From positions 13,597 to 77,596 of the forward strand of contig CAWFEP010000008.1 of NCBI GenBank assembly GCA_963814845.1: a DNA stretch of 64,000 nucleotides. Direction: 5' to 3'. The position numbers and the translations under genes were made by a program. Shown here in pieces: positions 1-10,337 of this stretch. Source of the stretch: an uncultured Actinomycetota bacterium (GTDB taxonomy: Bacteria > Actinomycetota > Actinomycetes > JAFAQI01). The notes under the pieces are model-generated. The model saw only the letters and a program-made list of their open reading frames with translations, had not been told where the DNA came from and did not search any database. Every line of letters begins with the position of its first letter. Within the stretch, counting starts at the first letter, position 1.

Positions 1-627
1 GTTGCGGCTGTGCGAGTGCGGCTGCTCAGTGAGCAGCAACATCAACAGCCGGCGTTCGAGCCGACGCAACGGAAGTCCGCGCGCCAGCGTGCCGTTGACC
101 TGCTCGGCGCTGACGTCGATCGCTCGCAGTAGGTGTCGCCACAGCGAGGTAGCCGAAGTCGTGAGATCCAACCGCTCCGAGAACTCGATCGGCGCGGTCA
201 CCGTGGTGCCGGTCAAGCGCTCGAGCTCGCGGTGTAACACGTCCTGTGGGAAGGAGACCGCGAGGTGCGAGTAGCCGCTCGCGCAGACCAACTCGACGCC
301 AGCCTCGGTCGAAACGACAATGCCGGTCTGGGGGTTGACCCGCAGCGATCCGCGGCCGGACACGCGCACGCCCGCATGCCCCTCGAGCGGGATGACGACG
401 CGGTAGGCAGACATTCCAGCCAGGCTGATTCGCATTGGTGCGCCGAACCGCAGGAACGCGACTTGGGACTGGCCGAGGCAGAACACCTTGTGACGCGCGT
501 CGAGATCGACACCCTGACCGAGCTGCTCCAGAACGACCGCTGATCCGTCGCCCGCACGCAGTGCGGCCTCAACGGCGCCAAGATCGGAGGTCGTCACGAT
601 CTGGTGGCCGACGATTGGAGCGCCCAT
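1..627 (-). CDS. AraC-family transcriptional regulator, N-terminal ligand-binding domain (runs off window edge; not in ORF track)
   Basis: Manual translation: MGAPIVGHQIVTTSDLGAV...SQVAFLRFGAPMRI...YRVVIPLEG...ELERLTG...PIEFSERLDL...LLTEQPHSHS; GAGGA RBS before ATG; pattern typical of AraC ligand-binding domains that precede the HTH. Confidence 0.7.
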   Translation of the reverse strand, partial: MGAPIVGHQIVTTSDLGAVEAALRAGDGSAVVLEQLGQGVDLDARHKVFCLGQSQVAFLRFGAPMRISLAGMSAYRVVIPLEGHAGVRVSGRGSLRVNPQTGIVVSTEAGVELVCASGYSHLAVSFPQDVLHRELERLTGTTVTAPIEFSERLDLTTSATSLWRHLLRAIDVSAEQVNGTLARGLPLRRLERRLLMLLLTEQPHSHSRN

Positions 628-862
628 TAGTCCTCACGATGGCGACAATGAGCGCTGCAGGCGCTGGGCAGACCCAGAAACGATGTGGCACGAAGGCTCC
701 GTGCTCAGCACTGAAGGTACAGGTATTCATTGGATCTGTCGGCGTCTGAAGGCCAAATAGTAAGGAGATGGCGGCTACCCGTTTAAGTCGGGCCAAACGC
801 CGGACCACTGCAACTCCGGTCGCCGTCGCCGCTGTCGCCGACGTTCGTGGCGTGGAGTTCGC

Positions 863-3016
863 TCATGAGCTCGTGAGAAGGACGAGCTGTTGGGTCGCCC
901 GGGTCATCGCGACGTAGCGGTCGACCGCGCCCTCGACGCCCGTTCCGAACGTCTCCGGGTCGACAAGCACAACTAGGTCGAACTCAAGTCCCTTCGACAA
1001 CTCCGGCGTGAGCGAGCGAACTCGAGATGTTGGTTGGAACGTCGGATCGCCGATCACGCAGGCAGTCCCTTCTGCATGCATCGCAAGCCAAGCGTCGAGG
1101 ACCGCATGAAGATCTGGGGTCGATCCATAGACGATCGCGGCATCAGTGCTGCGGATCGAGGTCGGTACGTTGGCGTCGGGGAGCACAGCCCGGATCACTG
1201 GCTCTGCTGCGTCCATCACGGCTGCTGGTGTCCGGTAGTTGATGCTCAAGGACGCCAGGCTCATCCGATCGATCCCTATTCGCTGGAGCCGCTCCTGCCA
1301 CGACTCCGTGAAGCCGTGTCTGGCCTGGGCGCGGTCGCCGACGATAGTGAAGCTGCGGGACGGGCAGCGCAGCAGCAGCATCTGCCACTCGGCGTCGGTG
1401 AGCTCCTGAGCCTCGTCCACGACGATGTGGGCGAACGGACCGGCAAGCAGATCAGGAGCCGTTCTCGGCACAGCGGATTGGTCGACCAGCGCGTCGTGGA
1501 AGTCCTCACCGCGCAGCATCGTCACCAAGCCCACGCCGTATTCGTCATCGGCGGCTTCCCTCAGGTTGTCGACCACCATCGCCATCTGTTCCCGTTGCGC
1601 TGCTGCGTTGGCCTCCTGGCGGCGCCTGCGCCGAGAGGCCGCCGGGTCGCCGAGCCGCTGTCTTGCAGCGTCCAGCAGCGGGAGGTCGGACACCGTCCAG
1701 GCCTGCGGCTGTGCGCGCTGCAGCATCTGGATGTCATCCGGGCTGAGCCATGGAGCGCACTTGCGCAGATAAGCGGGGACCGACCAGAGGTCACCGACAA
1801 GGTCAGCCGCTTCAACGACAGTCCAGGCGCGGTTGAGGGACCTGCGCAGCTCGCGGTTCTGGAGCAGCGACTTTCGGAGCAGGTCAGGTGATTCGTCACT
1901 GTCGTACTTGTCGATCAGGATCGTGAGCAGCTCCTCCCAGATCTCCGCACGCGCCTCGTTGTGCGCAGTGCCGGGTTCGGCAGCTTCAAATGCCTCAGCC
2001 CAATCCTCGGCGCTTAGCGAAACGTCGCCCCATTCGGTCTCGACCGTCATTCCCGTCGCGGGCGGCTCCTCGTAGATCCCCACGGCGGTTTCGATCGCCT
2101 TCACCATGTCCGCGGAGGACTTCAATCGCGCGACCGTCGGGTTTGATTCGATCGTCGCCCTCGCTCCCTCCGTGACGAGGTCGCGCAGGGTCGCTGTCTG
2201 GACGCCATCCTCGCCGAGGCCAGGCAAGACGTCGCCGACATAGGCCAAATAGGGCTGGTGCGGACCGACGAACAGCACGCCGCCGCGGCGATGACTGAGC
2301 CGAGGGTCGGCGTAGAGGAGATAGGCGGCGCGATGCAGCGCAACGACCGTCTTCCCCGTACCCGGACCGCCGTCGACGATCAGAGCGCCGCTGGATCCGG
2401 CCCGAATGATGGCATCCTGATCGGCCTGGATTGTCGCGAGGACGTCTCGCATTCGGGCCGACCGGCTACTGCCGAGGCTGGCGATGAACGCCGACTGGTC
2501 GTCGAGCGCCGCATGACTTTCAAGCCCCTCCGCGGTGAAGACCTCGTCCCAGTAGTCGCTGACTCGGCCGCGGCTCCAGCGATACCTGCGACGACTCGTC
2601 AGACCCATCGGATTCGCATGCGTGGCACCGAAGAACGGCTCAGCGGTGGGGGACCGCCAGTCGAGCAGTAGCCGATGACCCGTGCTGTCGGTCAGACCAA
2701 GGCGTCCGATGTAGATCGGTTCGGGGTCCGCCGCGCTGATGATGTGTCCGAGGCAGAGGTCCAATCCAAACCGACGCAAGGTACGCAGGCGCGTGGTCAT
2801 CCGGTGGATTGCCATGTCTCGGTCCATCGCCTCCTGGCCAATGCCGCCGGGAGCCTTGCGCTCAACCGCAAGGCGATCGGACAACTCGGCGATGGACTGC
2901 TCGAGGCTCTCGGCGATGGCCGCAAAGTGCTTCTCGTCGACAGCGATCATCGCCGGTTCGGCTTTGGCGGCGAGGTGGTCAGGAAGGTCAAACGCGCTCA
3001 TAACCAGGGGGTACAC
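863..3016 (-). CDS. helR: RNA polymerase recycling motor ATPase HelR (HelD-family SF1 helicase-like protein)
   Basis: N-terminus AFDLPDHLAAKA...RLRTLRRFGLDLCLG; Walker A GGPGTGKT; VDEAQE; SKGLEFD; DRYVAMTRATQQL. Confidence 0.88.
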   Translation of the reverse strand: MYPLVMSAFDLPDHLAAKAEPAMIAVDEKHFAAIAESLEQSIAELSDRLAVERKAPGGIGQEAMDRDMAIHRMTTRLRTLRRFGLDLCLGHIISAADPEPIYIGRLGLTDSTGHRLLLDWRSPTAEPFFGATHANPMGLTSRRRYRWSRGRVSDYWDEVFTAEGLESHAALDDQSAFIASLGSSRSARMRDVLATIQADQDAIIRAGSSGALIVDGGPGTGKTVVALHRAAYLLYADPRLSHRRGGVLFVGPHQPYLAYVGDVLPGLGEDGVQTATLRDLVTEGARATIESNPTVARLKSSADMVKAIETAVGIYEEPPATGMTVETEWGDVSLSAEDWAEAFEAAEPGTAHNEARAEIWEELLTILIDKYDSDESPDLLRKSLLQNRELRRSLNRAWTVVEAADLVGDLWSVPAYLRKCAPWLSPDDIQMLQRAQPQAWTVSDLPLLDAARQRLGDPAASRRRRRQEANAAAQREQMAMVVDNLREAADDEYGVGLVTMLRGEDFHDALVDQSAVPRTAPDLLAGPFAHIVVDEAQELTDAEWQMLLLRCPSRSFTIVGDRAQARHGFTESWQERLQRIGIDRMSLASLSINYRTPAAVMDAAEPVIRAVLPDANVPTSIRSTDAAIVYGSTPDLHAVLDAWLAMHAEGTACVIGDPTFQPTSRVRSLTPELSKGLEFDLVVLVDPETFGTGVEGAVDRYVAMTRATQQLVLLTSS

Positions 3017-3137
3017 CTCACTGACATCAGACTGAGGTTCGTGACCTTAGACCGAAAGCTGTTGGCTCATGAGGGCCGCCGGAATCTGATACAAAGGAAA
3101 TTGAGGGGAAGTGCTCGCCTTGCTGCACATCGCGACG

Positions 3138-3725
3138 CTAACCTCGGACGGCTTGCACGATGCTGTACGTCGAGAGCACGAGCATGATTGCCGCCGCGAC
3201 CCGCGTGACGATGCCGATCGGGACGCGAGCAATCAGGCGATGGCCGCCGTAGATCGCGATAGCCCCAACTGCCCACAGTGCCAGAACAGCGCTAAGACCG
3301 ACCGTCACCGGGTCGTGGTACTTCGCGGCGAGGTTGGCTGTGACGATCTGCGTGAGGTCACCGAACTCCGCCACGAAGATGACCGCGAAGCTGGTGAACA
3401 GTACCCGCGGCGTACTCATACCGGCGCGGTCGAGCGCTTCCTCGCCGTCGTCGGCATGCTCCTCGCGCCCGCGAAGTAGCAGGACCGCGCCGGCGAGGAA
3501 AAGCGCACCAATCACCGCTTCCAAGGCGCGATGCGGCAGCAGGTGCAACAGCGAGCCGGCGACGATCGCGATCACCACATGCACTGCGAAGGCTGCCATC
3601 ATGCCGAGCAGCACCAACGACGGGCGGTACCGCGTGCCGAGGATGAGCGACGCGAGGGCGGTCTTGTCGGGGAGTTCGGCGAGGAAGATCACCGCGAACA
3701 CCGTCAAGGCGATCAGGGGATGCAC
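3138..3725 (-). CDS. TMEM165/GDT1 (UPF0016) family putative Mn2+ exporter
   Basis: Two ExGD-type motifs (AELPDKT, AEFGDLTQ), multiple TM helices; GTG start at 3725 with AGGAG RBS; lies under a Mn riboswitch. Confidence 0.9.
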   Translation of the reverse strand: MHPLIALTVFAVIFLAELPDKTALASLILGTRYRPSLVLLGMMAAFAVHVVIAIVAGSLLHLLPHRALEAVIGALFLAGAVLLLRGREEHADDGEEALDRAGMSTPRVLFTSFAVIFVAEFGDLTQIVTANLAAKYHDPVTVGLSAVLALWAVGAIAIYGGHRLIARVPIGIVTRVAAAIMLVLSTYSIVQAVRG

Positions 3726-3797
3726 GTCGCTCCTCATTCGAGGCGACGGGCCGGTGAGCGGGAATGCCTCCGGCGCCGCCAGCCGTGACTGTCGGTA

Positions 3798-3890
3798 CCG
3801 AAGGTCTCGCCCGACCAGCGAACTGGTCCCGCGCACCGGGCCTTGCGGCCAGTATGTCGACACGCGGCGAGTGGACTACTCCCCTTCACG
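3798..3890 (-). ncRNA. yybP-ykoY manganese riboswitch
   Basis: Minus strand reads GAAGGGGAGTAG...GTCGACATACTGG-CCGCAAGG-CCCGG...GGCGAGACCTTC, the conserved yybP-ykoY elements, directly upstream of a GDT1 exporter. Confidence 0.9.
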
Positions 3891-4024
3891 ACCCAGCATA
3901 CGGACGTGGGGGCACCTGGATTGGCGGCACCCCGTTTGGAGTGCACCGACTCGGCCGATGGCAGTCCAACAGTGTTTCGCCGCTGGCAAACCGGAGTTCA
4001 CCTTGGCTTGGCAGGGTGAGGCTC

Positions 4025-5891
4025 ATGTCTGACTCACCGCGTATTCCTCGTCCGCTGTCTCGTCGTGACTTCCTTCGCGCTGCCGCAGGGGCCGGCGCCG
4101 GCGCCGTAGTCCTGTCGGCCGGCTGGCCCGAGGGCTACGCGTCGGCTGCGGGTGTCGGCGGGATCAGCTCGCTGGGGACAGGCACCACCCCGGAGCAGGT
4201 ACACCTCACCTGGGGACAGGATCCGTCCGCCGAGATGGTCGTGTCATGGGTGTCGCCGTCGCCGCAGCGTGCTCCGCAGGTCGAGTTGGTGTCACGACGA
4301 GGACCTCGACGGGTGGTCGAAGCCATCCGCCGGCCCTACACCGATGGCTTGAGTGGTGAGACGGTGTACAGCTATCACGCGGTGCTTCGCGGGCTGTCGC
4401 CTGCGTCGGGCTACACCTACACCGTGCGTGACGCGGCGTCTCCGGGCGTGAGCTTCACCAGCGAGTTCACAACCGCCGACTCCGGCCGCTTCCCGTTCTC
4501 GTTCACCAGCTTTGGCGACCTTGGCACGCCGGGAACGGGCGCGACGTACACGCTGGCCGACGGGTCGGCCGTGCAGTCGACAACCTATAGCGAGTCGCAG
4601 TGGAACGCCTACAATGCGGTCACCGAGGTTGAGAACCTCGAGCCGCTGTTTCATCTCCTCAATGGCGACCTGTGTTACGCCGACAAGGAGACGATCACGA
4701 GCACGGGCGGCACGACGACTGCGCAGGGGGCGCAGCCTTCGCCTGAGGTGTGGCGGGACTTCGGGCTCAACACGCAACGTTCGGCAGCCAACCGGCCGTG
4801 GATGCCGTGCATCGGCAATCACGAGGCCGAGCTGGACAACGGCCCACATGGATACGCGTCGTTCAACTCCCGGTATTTCCTGCCAGACAACGGCACTCGG
4901 TTCGCGGGCAACTTCTACTCATTCCAGGTGGGCTCGGTTGTCTTCGTTGCCCTCGACGCCAACGACGTCTGCTATCAGGGCGGCGGTGCCTTCAACCCAG
5001 GCGGTGTCGCGACCGTCGACGCCGGTCGGCAATCCGATCTCGGCAACGGCCGCTCAGTACAACCAGCTCTACACCGGCACGTTCGACAGCAACACCGATG
5101 GGACGCTGCGACCAGGCGGCTGGCTGCCAAACCGGCAAACGATTTGGCTCGAGCGGACTCTTGCCCGAGCCAGGGCCGATGCATCCGTCGACTGGATAGT
5201 TGTCCAGATGCATCAATGTGCGTTGTCCTCCTCAACCGACAACGGATGCGACCTCGGCATCCGCGAGGCATGGCTTCCGTTGTTCGACAAGTACGAGGTC
5301 GACCTCGTCGTCAACGGCCACGACCACGACTACGAGCGTTCCTATCCGGTGCGCGGCTTCACGGTGGGACTCGGCACCTCGACCTTCGCTGGCGGCACCA
5401 TCACCAACGCCGCTGGCACTGTCACCCTCCCCTCCACCAAGGGTGAGCCTGTTAACACCCTCACTCCTCAGGTCGTCTCGACCGACATCACCGGTCCCTT
5501 CGACACCTCACAAGGCACCGTCTTCCTTGTGCTCGGTGGGGGAGGGACGAACAAGCGCGACAACGTCTACGGCGCTGACGTTGCCAACGTCACAACGTTC
5601 ACCCAGATCCGCACCGGGTCGACCAAGCCACTTCCCGATGCGATCGAGCCGGCGAACTGGTCGGCAAAGACCGACCCTACGGACGCGTATGGAATCGCGT
5701 TGTTCGCGGTCGACCCGGGACAACCGGGTGGCAGCACGACGATCACCGTCACCTATTGCCACGCGCCAACGCAAGCCTCCGGCACCGCCGACTACAGCGT
5801 TCTGGAGAGCTTCCAGCTGACCCGGCGCCGCCGGGACCAGCGGCCAGGGCACCGCTTCACCTCCGCACGCACGCACGCCGGCGCTCGCTAG
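4025..5891 (+). CDS. Tat-exported purple acid phosphatase-family metallophosphoesterase (one frameshift near 5020-5045)
   Basis: SRRDFL twin-arginine signal; FN3-like PEQVHLTWG domain; all five PAP motifs (GDLG, GDLCY, GNHE, VQMH, GHDH) split across ORFs 3764..5446 and 4512..5891. Confidence 0.85.
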
Positions 5892-6057
5892 AAACGCCAT
5901 CGTCGAATTCGTGGCTACCGGCCGCGACGGCCGTAACGTTCGCTGAAACGCCTCAACGGGTAGTTGTCGATTCGACGGCTACCCGTTCGTAGTCATGGGA
6001 GTGGTCTTAAACAGCCACGGATACAGACACCAGCCGCATCACGACGAAGGAGCGAGC

Positions 6058-6618
6058 ATGCCGCGCACTTTGACCGTCGATCTCTTCCTCTCGGTTGACG
6101 GCTGGGCCGGCTCCGACGGACTACCTGGATACTTTGGTTACCTCGGCCCTGAGGTTGAGAGCTGGGTCGCCACGCAGCTGGCTGCACCGCAGATCGTCGT
6201 CATGGGGCGCCGCACTTATGAGGCTCTCGCGGGCATCCCGAACGACGGCGGCAAATCCCCGGATCCGATGGCTCAGCTGGACAAGGTCGTGTTCTCGAGG
6301 ACCGTGAAGGACGCGGTCTGGCCGAACACGAGGATGTGCAGCGGCGATCTGGTGGCGGAGATCCGGCGGATGAAATCCGAAGGCAACGTTGCGTTGCGGA
6401 CGATCGGGAGCCTGTCGCTGGTGCGGCAATTGACGGGCGCCGGCTTGGTGGATCGGCTGCGGCTCATGACGTTCCCGCTGCTCGCAGGCAGCTCGGGGCG
6501 CGAGGCAGCCTTTGCGGACATGGCGGCTGCCGATCTGGAGCTGGTCGATCACCGAGCGTTAGACGGTCGGGTGCTGCTCCTGGAGTACCGGCCAACCGGT
6601 CGAGACATCCCACGGTAG
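6058..6618 (+). CDS. Dihydrofolate reductase / RibD C-terminal domain family protein
   Basis: FLSVDG, MGRRTYE, GSLSLVRQL..AGLVDRLRL..FP motifs; GAAGGAG RBS. Confidence 0.85.
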   Translation: MPRTLTVDLFLSVDGWAGSDGLPGYFGYLGPEVESWVATQLAAPQIVVMGRRTYEALAGIPNDGGKSPDPMAQLDKVVFSRTVKDAVWPNTRMCSGDLVAEIRRMKSEGNVALRTIGSLSLVRQLTGAGLVDRLRLMTFPLLAGSSGREAAFADMAAADLELVDHRALDGRVLLLEYRPTGRDIPR

Positions 6619-6626
6619 GAGCCGTG

Positions 6627-6943
6627 ATGAGACGCGTAGTACTGCAGATGAGCATGTCCCTGGCCGGTCACGCGAATCGCCCGTGGTGATCTTGCGACCG
6701 AGATCGCCGCGATCAAAACGAAGCGGGGCCGGATGTGATCGCCTACGGCGGCGTTTCGTTCGCCGCATCGTTGGCCAGGCTCGGGCTGATCGACGAGTAT
6801 TGCCTCGCTATCAAGCCGCTTGCGTTGGCAGCGGCCAAGCTCTGTTTGCCGATCTCCCCACCACGCTCAGTTTGGAGCTCACCGAAGCCAGAAGCTTCGA
6901 ATGTGGCGTTGTCGTGCATATCTACCGGCCAACGGTGGACTAG
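6627..6943 (+). pseudogene. Degenerate DHFR/RibD_C-family gene (internal deletion plus frameshifts)
   Basis: MRRVVLQMSMSLAG start joined almost directly to C-terminal YGGVSFAASLARLGLIDEY..GSGQALF..GVVVHIYRP; central region absent. Confidence 0.7.
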
Positions 6944-7860
6944 GGCGCCCGCGTCGGATCGATGAATACCTGGGTGACGACAGGCCAGCGGTGCTGAATC
7001 TCGGCATCGACGTCACTGCTCAGCGCTTCGATTGCGGCCGAGCTGAGACCGTCAGCCAGGTCAACCCGCGCCGCTAGCAGGACGTCGTTCGCACCGATGT
7101 GCATGGTCAGCAGATCGAGCACCTCGTCAATCCCCGGACACTCGTCGTTGAGATAGGCGGTGATGGACTCGGTGAGCTCAGGTGTCGCCGCCTCGCCGAT
7201 CAACAGGCCTTTGGTATCGCGTCCGAGCGCGATCGCGACGACCACGAGCAGCACCGCGATCACTGCCGACGCAGCGCCCTCCCACCAGTTTGAGCCGGTT
7301 GCCTGGTGCAGCGCCAGGCCGGCTGCGGCGAGCATCAGCCCGATCATCGCGGCAGTGTCTTCGCTCACCACCGTCTTAACGCTCGGATCGCTGCTCGTGA
7401 CCACATGCTGCAGGACGCCGACCTCCGCGCTGCGTGCTTCATTGCGTACTTGCTTGATCGCGCGGAGCCATGACGTGCCTTCCGCTATCAGCGCCAGGCC
7501 AAGCACGACGTAGTTGATGAGGTAGTAGTGCGCGCCGATCGTCCCAGTGCCGGTGAACGAGCGGTACGCCTCGACGAGAGAGAAACCGGCGCCGGCAACG
7601 AAGATCCCGACGGCGGCAAGGAGTGACCAGAAGAAGCGCTCCTTGCCGTAGCCAAACGGATGCTGCGGATCGGCGGGTTTGGCGCTGCGCCGCAACGAAG
7701 TCACCAAGAAAACCTCGTTGAGCACATCAGCGACGGAGTGAGCCGACTCCGAGAGCATTGCCGCCGATCCCGTGATCAGCCCGCCCGCGAACTTGATCGC
7801 CGCCACGGCCACGTTGGCGGCGAGTGCCAGCCACACCGTGCGCTTGCTTTCCGAACTCAC
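6940..7860 (-). CDS. Cation diffusion facilitator (CDF) family transporter
   Basis: SAAMLSESAHSVAD, HPFGYGKERFFWS, EDTAA; TM domain plus C-terminal domain. Confidence 0.9.
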   Translation of the reverse strand: MSSESKRTVWLALAANVAVAAIKFAGGLITGSAAMLSESAHSVADVLNEVFLVTSLRRSAKPADPQHPFGYGKERFFWSLLAAVGIFVAGAGFSLVEAYRSFTGTGTIGAHYYLINYVVLGLALIAEGTSWLRAIKQVRNEARSAEVGVLQHVVTSSDPSVKTVVSEDTAAMIGLMLAAAGLALHQATGSNWWEGAASAVIAVLLVVVAIALGRDTKGLLIGEAATPELTESITAYLNDECPGIDEVLDLLTMHIGANDVLLAARVDLADGLSSAAIEALSSDVDAEIQHRWPVVTQVFIDPTRAP

Positions 7861-8088
7861 GCGTCAACTCACTGCGCCGGGGGCGAACGATCTCGAACCG
7901 GGTGATACCCGGCTGGGCGATGAATACACCGAGGGTAGGGACGAGGTCCCACGAGGGAGTCACCTGAGCATGCAACGAGACGACGCCGACGGGACCTCCT
8001 CGCGGGCTCGGCCAATCGCTAGGATTGGTGCTCCGGGTCCCGGTTAAGCAGCAGCCGAGATGCCTGCGGCCGCCATGCGCGGCCATCG

Positions 8089-8868
8089 GTGATGACGAAC
8101 CGATTGGGCAGCGCTGGCAACGGCGGTGCCGAGAAACTGGTGGGCTTGATGGTCGACGAACTAATTGAGTGTGAGCAGATCAACCTGTCCGATGCGGTGG
8201 CGTCGCTGGCGAGCATCGTGTTGGGTCACGACTCGTTCGAATTCGTGATCGAGCGGCTCACCGGGGTCGCGAAAGACTCCATCCCTGGCGCGGCCGAGGT
8301 GTCGGTGACGATGCGCGACCGTAACCCGGTCACGGTGGCGCCGACTGACAGTGTTGCTTCTGCCGCGGATCAGGCGCAGTACGACGCCGGTCATGGGCCG
8401 TGTTTGGACGCCCTACGCACCGGCCAAACCGTGATTGTCGCGGATCAAACCGTCGAAACCCGCTGGCCGCACTACAGTTCCCGGGCAGTCGAGTTGGGCG
8501 TCGGGAGCTCGGTATCGGTGCCACTGGAAATTGCCGGCGAGCACTCGGCAGCCCTCAACATCTATGGCGATCATCCACACGCATTCACGCCATCCGCGGC
8601 GCGAGCCGCTGAGGAACTCGCGGTGTATGCCGCGGTCGTCGTCAACAACGCCGACCTTTACTACACCGCAACCACCCGCGCAGAGCAGATGAACGACGCG
8701 ATGGCCTCACGCGCCGTGATCGAGCAAGCTAAGGGCGTCTTGATGGGCGGGCGACGCTGCAGCGCGGATGACGCGTTCGCGATCCTGGTCTCGTTGTCGC
8801 AGCAGTCGCATCGCAAACTTCGCGATGTCGCGCAGTCCATCATCGAGGGGATTACCCAACCGCGATAA
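8089..8868 (+). CDS. GAF and ANTAR domain-containing RNA-binding regulator (start may be 8149)
   Basis: QYDAGHGPCLDA GAF motif; SRAVIEQAKGVLM...AFAILVSLSQQSHRKLRDVA ANTAR motif. Confidence 0.9.
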   Translation: MMTNRLGSAGNGGAEKLVGLMVDELIECEQINLSDAVASLASIVLGHDSFEFVIERLTGVAKDSIPGAAEVSVTMRDRNPVTVAPTDSVASAADQAQYDAGHGPCLDALRTGQTVIVADQTVETRWPHYSSRAVELGVGSSVSVPLEIAGEHSAALNIYGDHPHAFTPSAARAAEELAVYAAVVVNNADLYYTATTRAEQMNDAMASRAVIEQAKGVLMGGRRCSADDAFAILVSLSQQSHRKLRDVAQSIIEGITQPR

Positions 8869-8953
8869 GTCCAACCATCGTTGCGGGCAGTGATTTAAGT
8901 GCAGCCGAATGGGGATACCACGTCGCAACGACGCGCGACGAGGGGTGTCCTTG

Positions 8954-10337
8954 ATGGCGGTGCAAACGGTCAACACCAAGCGAAGTGAACCCGACTCCCA
9001 GCCTCGTCTCGATCGCGCGGTCTTCTGGTCCTCTGCCATTACCGCCCTGGGCGGGCTGCTGTTCGGTTACGACACGGGTGTCGTCTCGGGCGCATTGTTG
9101 TTCTTGCACAACAGCTTCGGCTCGCTGTCATCGCTGCAAAAGGAGCTGGTGACGAGCCTTCTCCTCGTCGGCGCGGCCGTCGGCGCGGCTGGTACCGGTC
9201 GACTTGCCGACCGGTTCGGGCGGCGACCACTCATCCTCGCTACTGCAGCCGTCTTCGTCGTCGGCGTCCTAGGGGCGGCCTTCGCGCCGACGTACGCGGT
9301 GCTCGTGGCGATGCGTTTCGTTATCGGTCTCGCCGTCGGATCAGCCTCGATGTCGGTGCCGTTGTATATCGGGGAGCTCGCGCCGGCGCGCTATCGCGGC
9401 GCCATGGTGAGCCTTAACCAGCTCGCGATAACCAGCGGGATCCTGTTCTCGTTTCTGATCGACTATTGGCTGTCGTCTTCGCAGAACTGGCGGCTGATGT
9501 TTGGTCTCGCTGCGGTACCGGCGGCGATGCTGTTCATCGGGACGCTGCTGCAACCGGAGAGCCCACACTGGTTGATATCGAAGAATCGGGTGGACGAGGC
9601 GCGCGAGGTCCTGGCCAGGTACCGGCATGGCGATGAAGACGTCGACCGTGAGATCGAGGATGTCCAATCGGTCGCTGGCCGCGACAGTCGCTGGTCGGAC
9701 CTGGTCGAACCGAAGGTTCGCAAACTCCTGGTGATCGGGGTCTCGCTCGCAGTGTTCCAGCAGGTCACCGGCATCAACACCGTGATCTACTATGCGCCGA
9801 CGCTGCTCAAGAACGCGGGCTTCGGCAACTCCGCCGCCCTTTTGGCGAACGTCGGTAATGGTGCGGTCAATGTCGGGATGACAATCGTCGCGATCTTGAT
9901 CATCGACCGAGTCGGACGTCGGCCACTGCTGATCTTCGGCACTGCCGGGATGGCGGTTGCCCTGACGACGATCGGGATCGACTTTGCGGTCGGGTGGCGA
10001 CAATCTTCACGGCGCTGGCGCTGTCGTCGCGATCGTTGCGCTCGCCGTCTATACCGGATCATTCGCGATCGGCCTTGGCCCGGTGTTCTGGTTGCTGATC
10101 AGCGAGCTCTATCCGCAGCGGCTGCGAGGGACCGCAATGAGCGTGGCAACCGTCGCGAACTGGGCGGCGAACTTCGTCGTGACCATCTCATTCTTGACAC
10201 TGCTCAATGCGATCACGAATGCCGGGACGTTCTTCTTGTTCGCCGTGATCACGGTCGCGGCGCTCGGCTACTTCGCTCTGCAGGTCCCCGAGACCAAAGG
10301 TCGGACCTTGCAGGAGATCGAGCGAGACCTGGCCTAA
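8954..10337 (+). CDS. Sugar porter family MFS transporter (frameshift near 9995)
   Basis: GGLLFGYDTGV, DRFGRR, PESP, QQVTGINTVIYY, PETKGRTLQEI. Confidence 0.9.

Noticed and set aside
3838-3850. GGGCCTTGCGGCC resembling the RAE palindrome near helR
   Set aside because: It is the GCAA-tetraloop stem of the yybP-ykoY riboswitch and lies over 800 bp from helR, beyond another gene.
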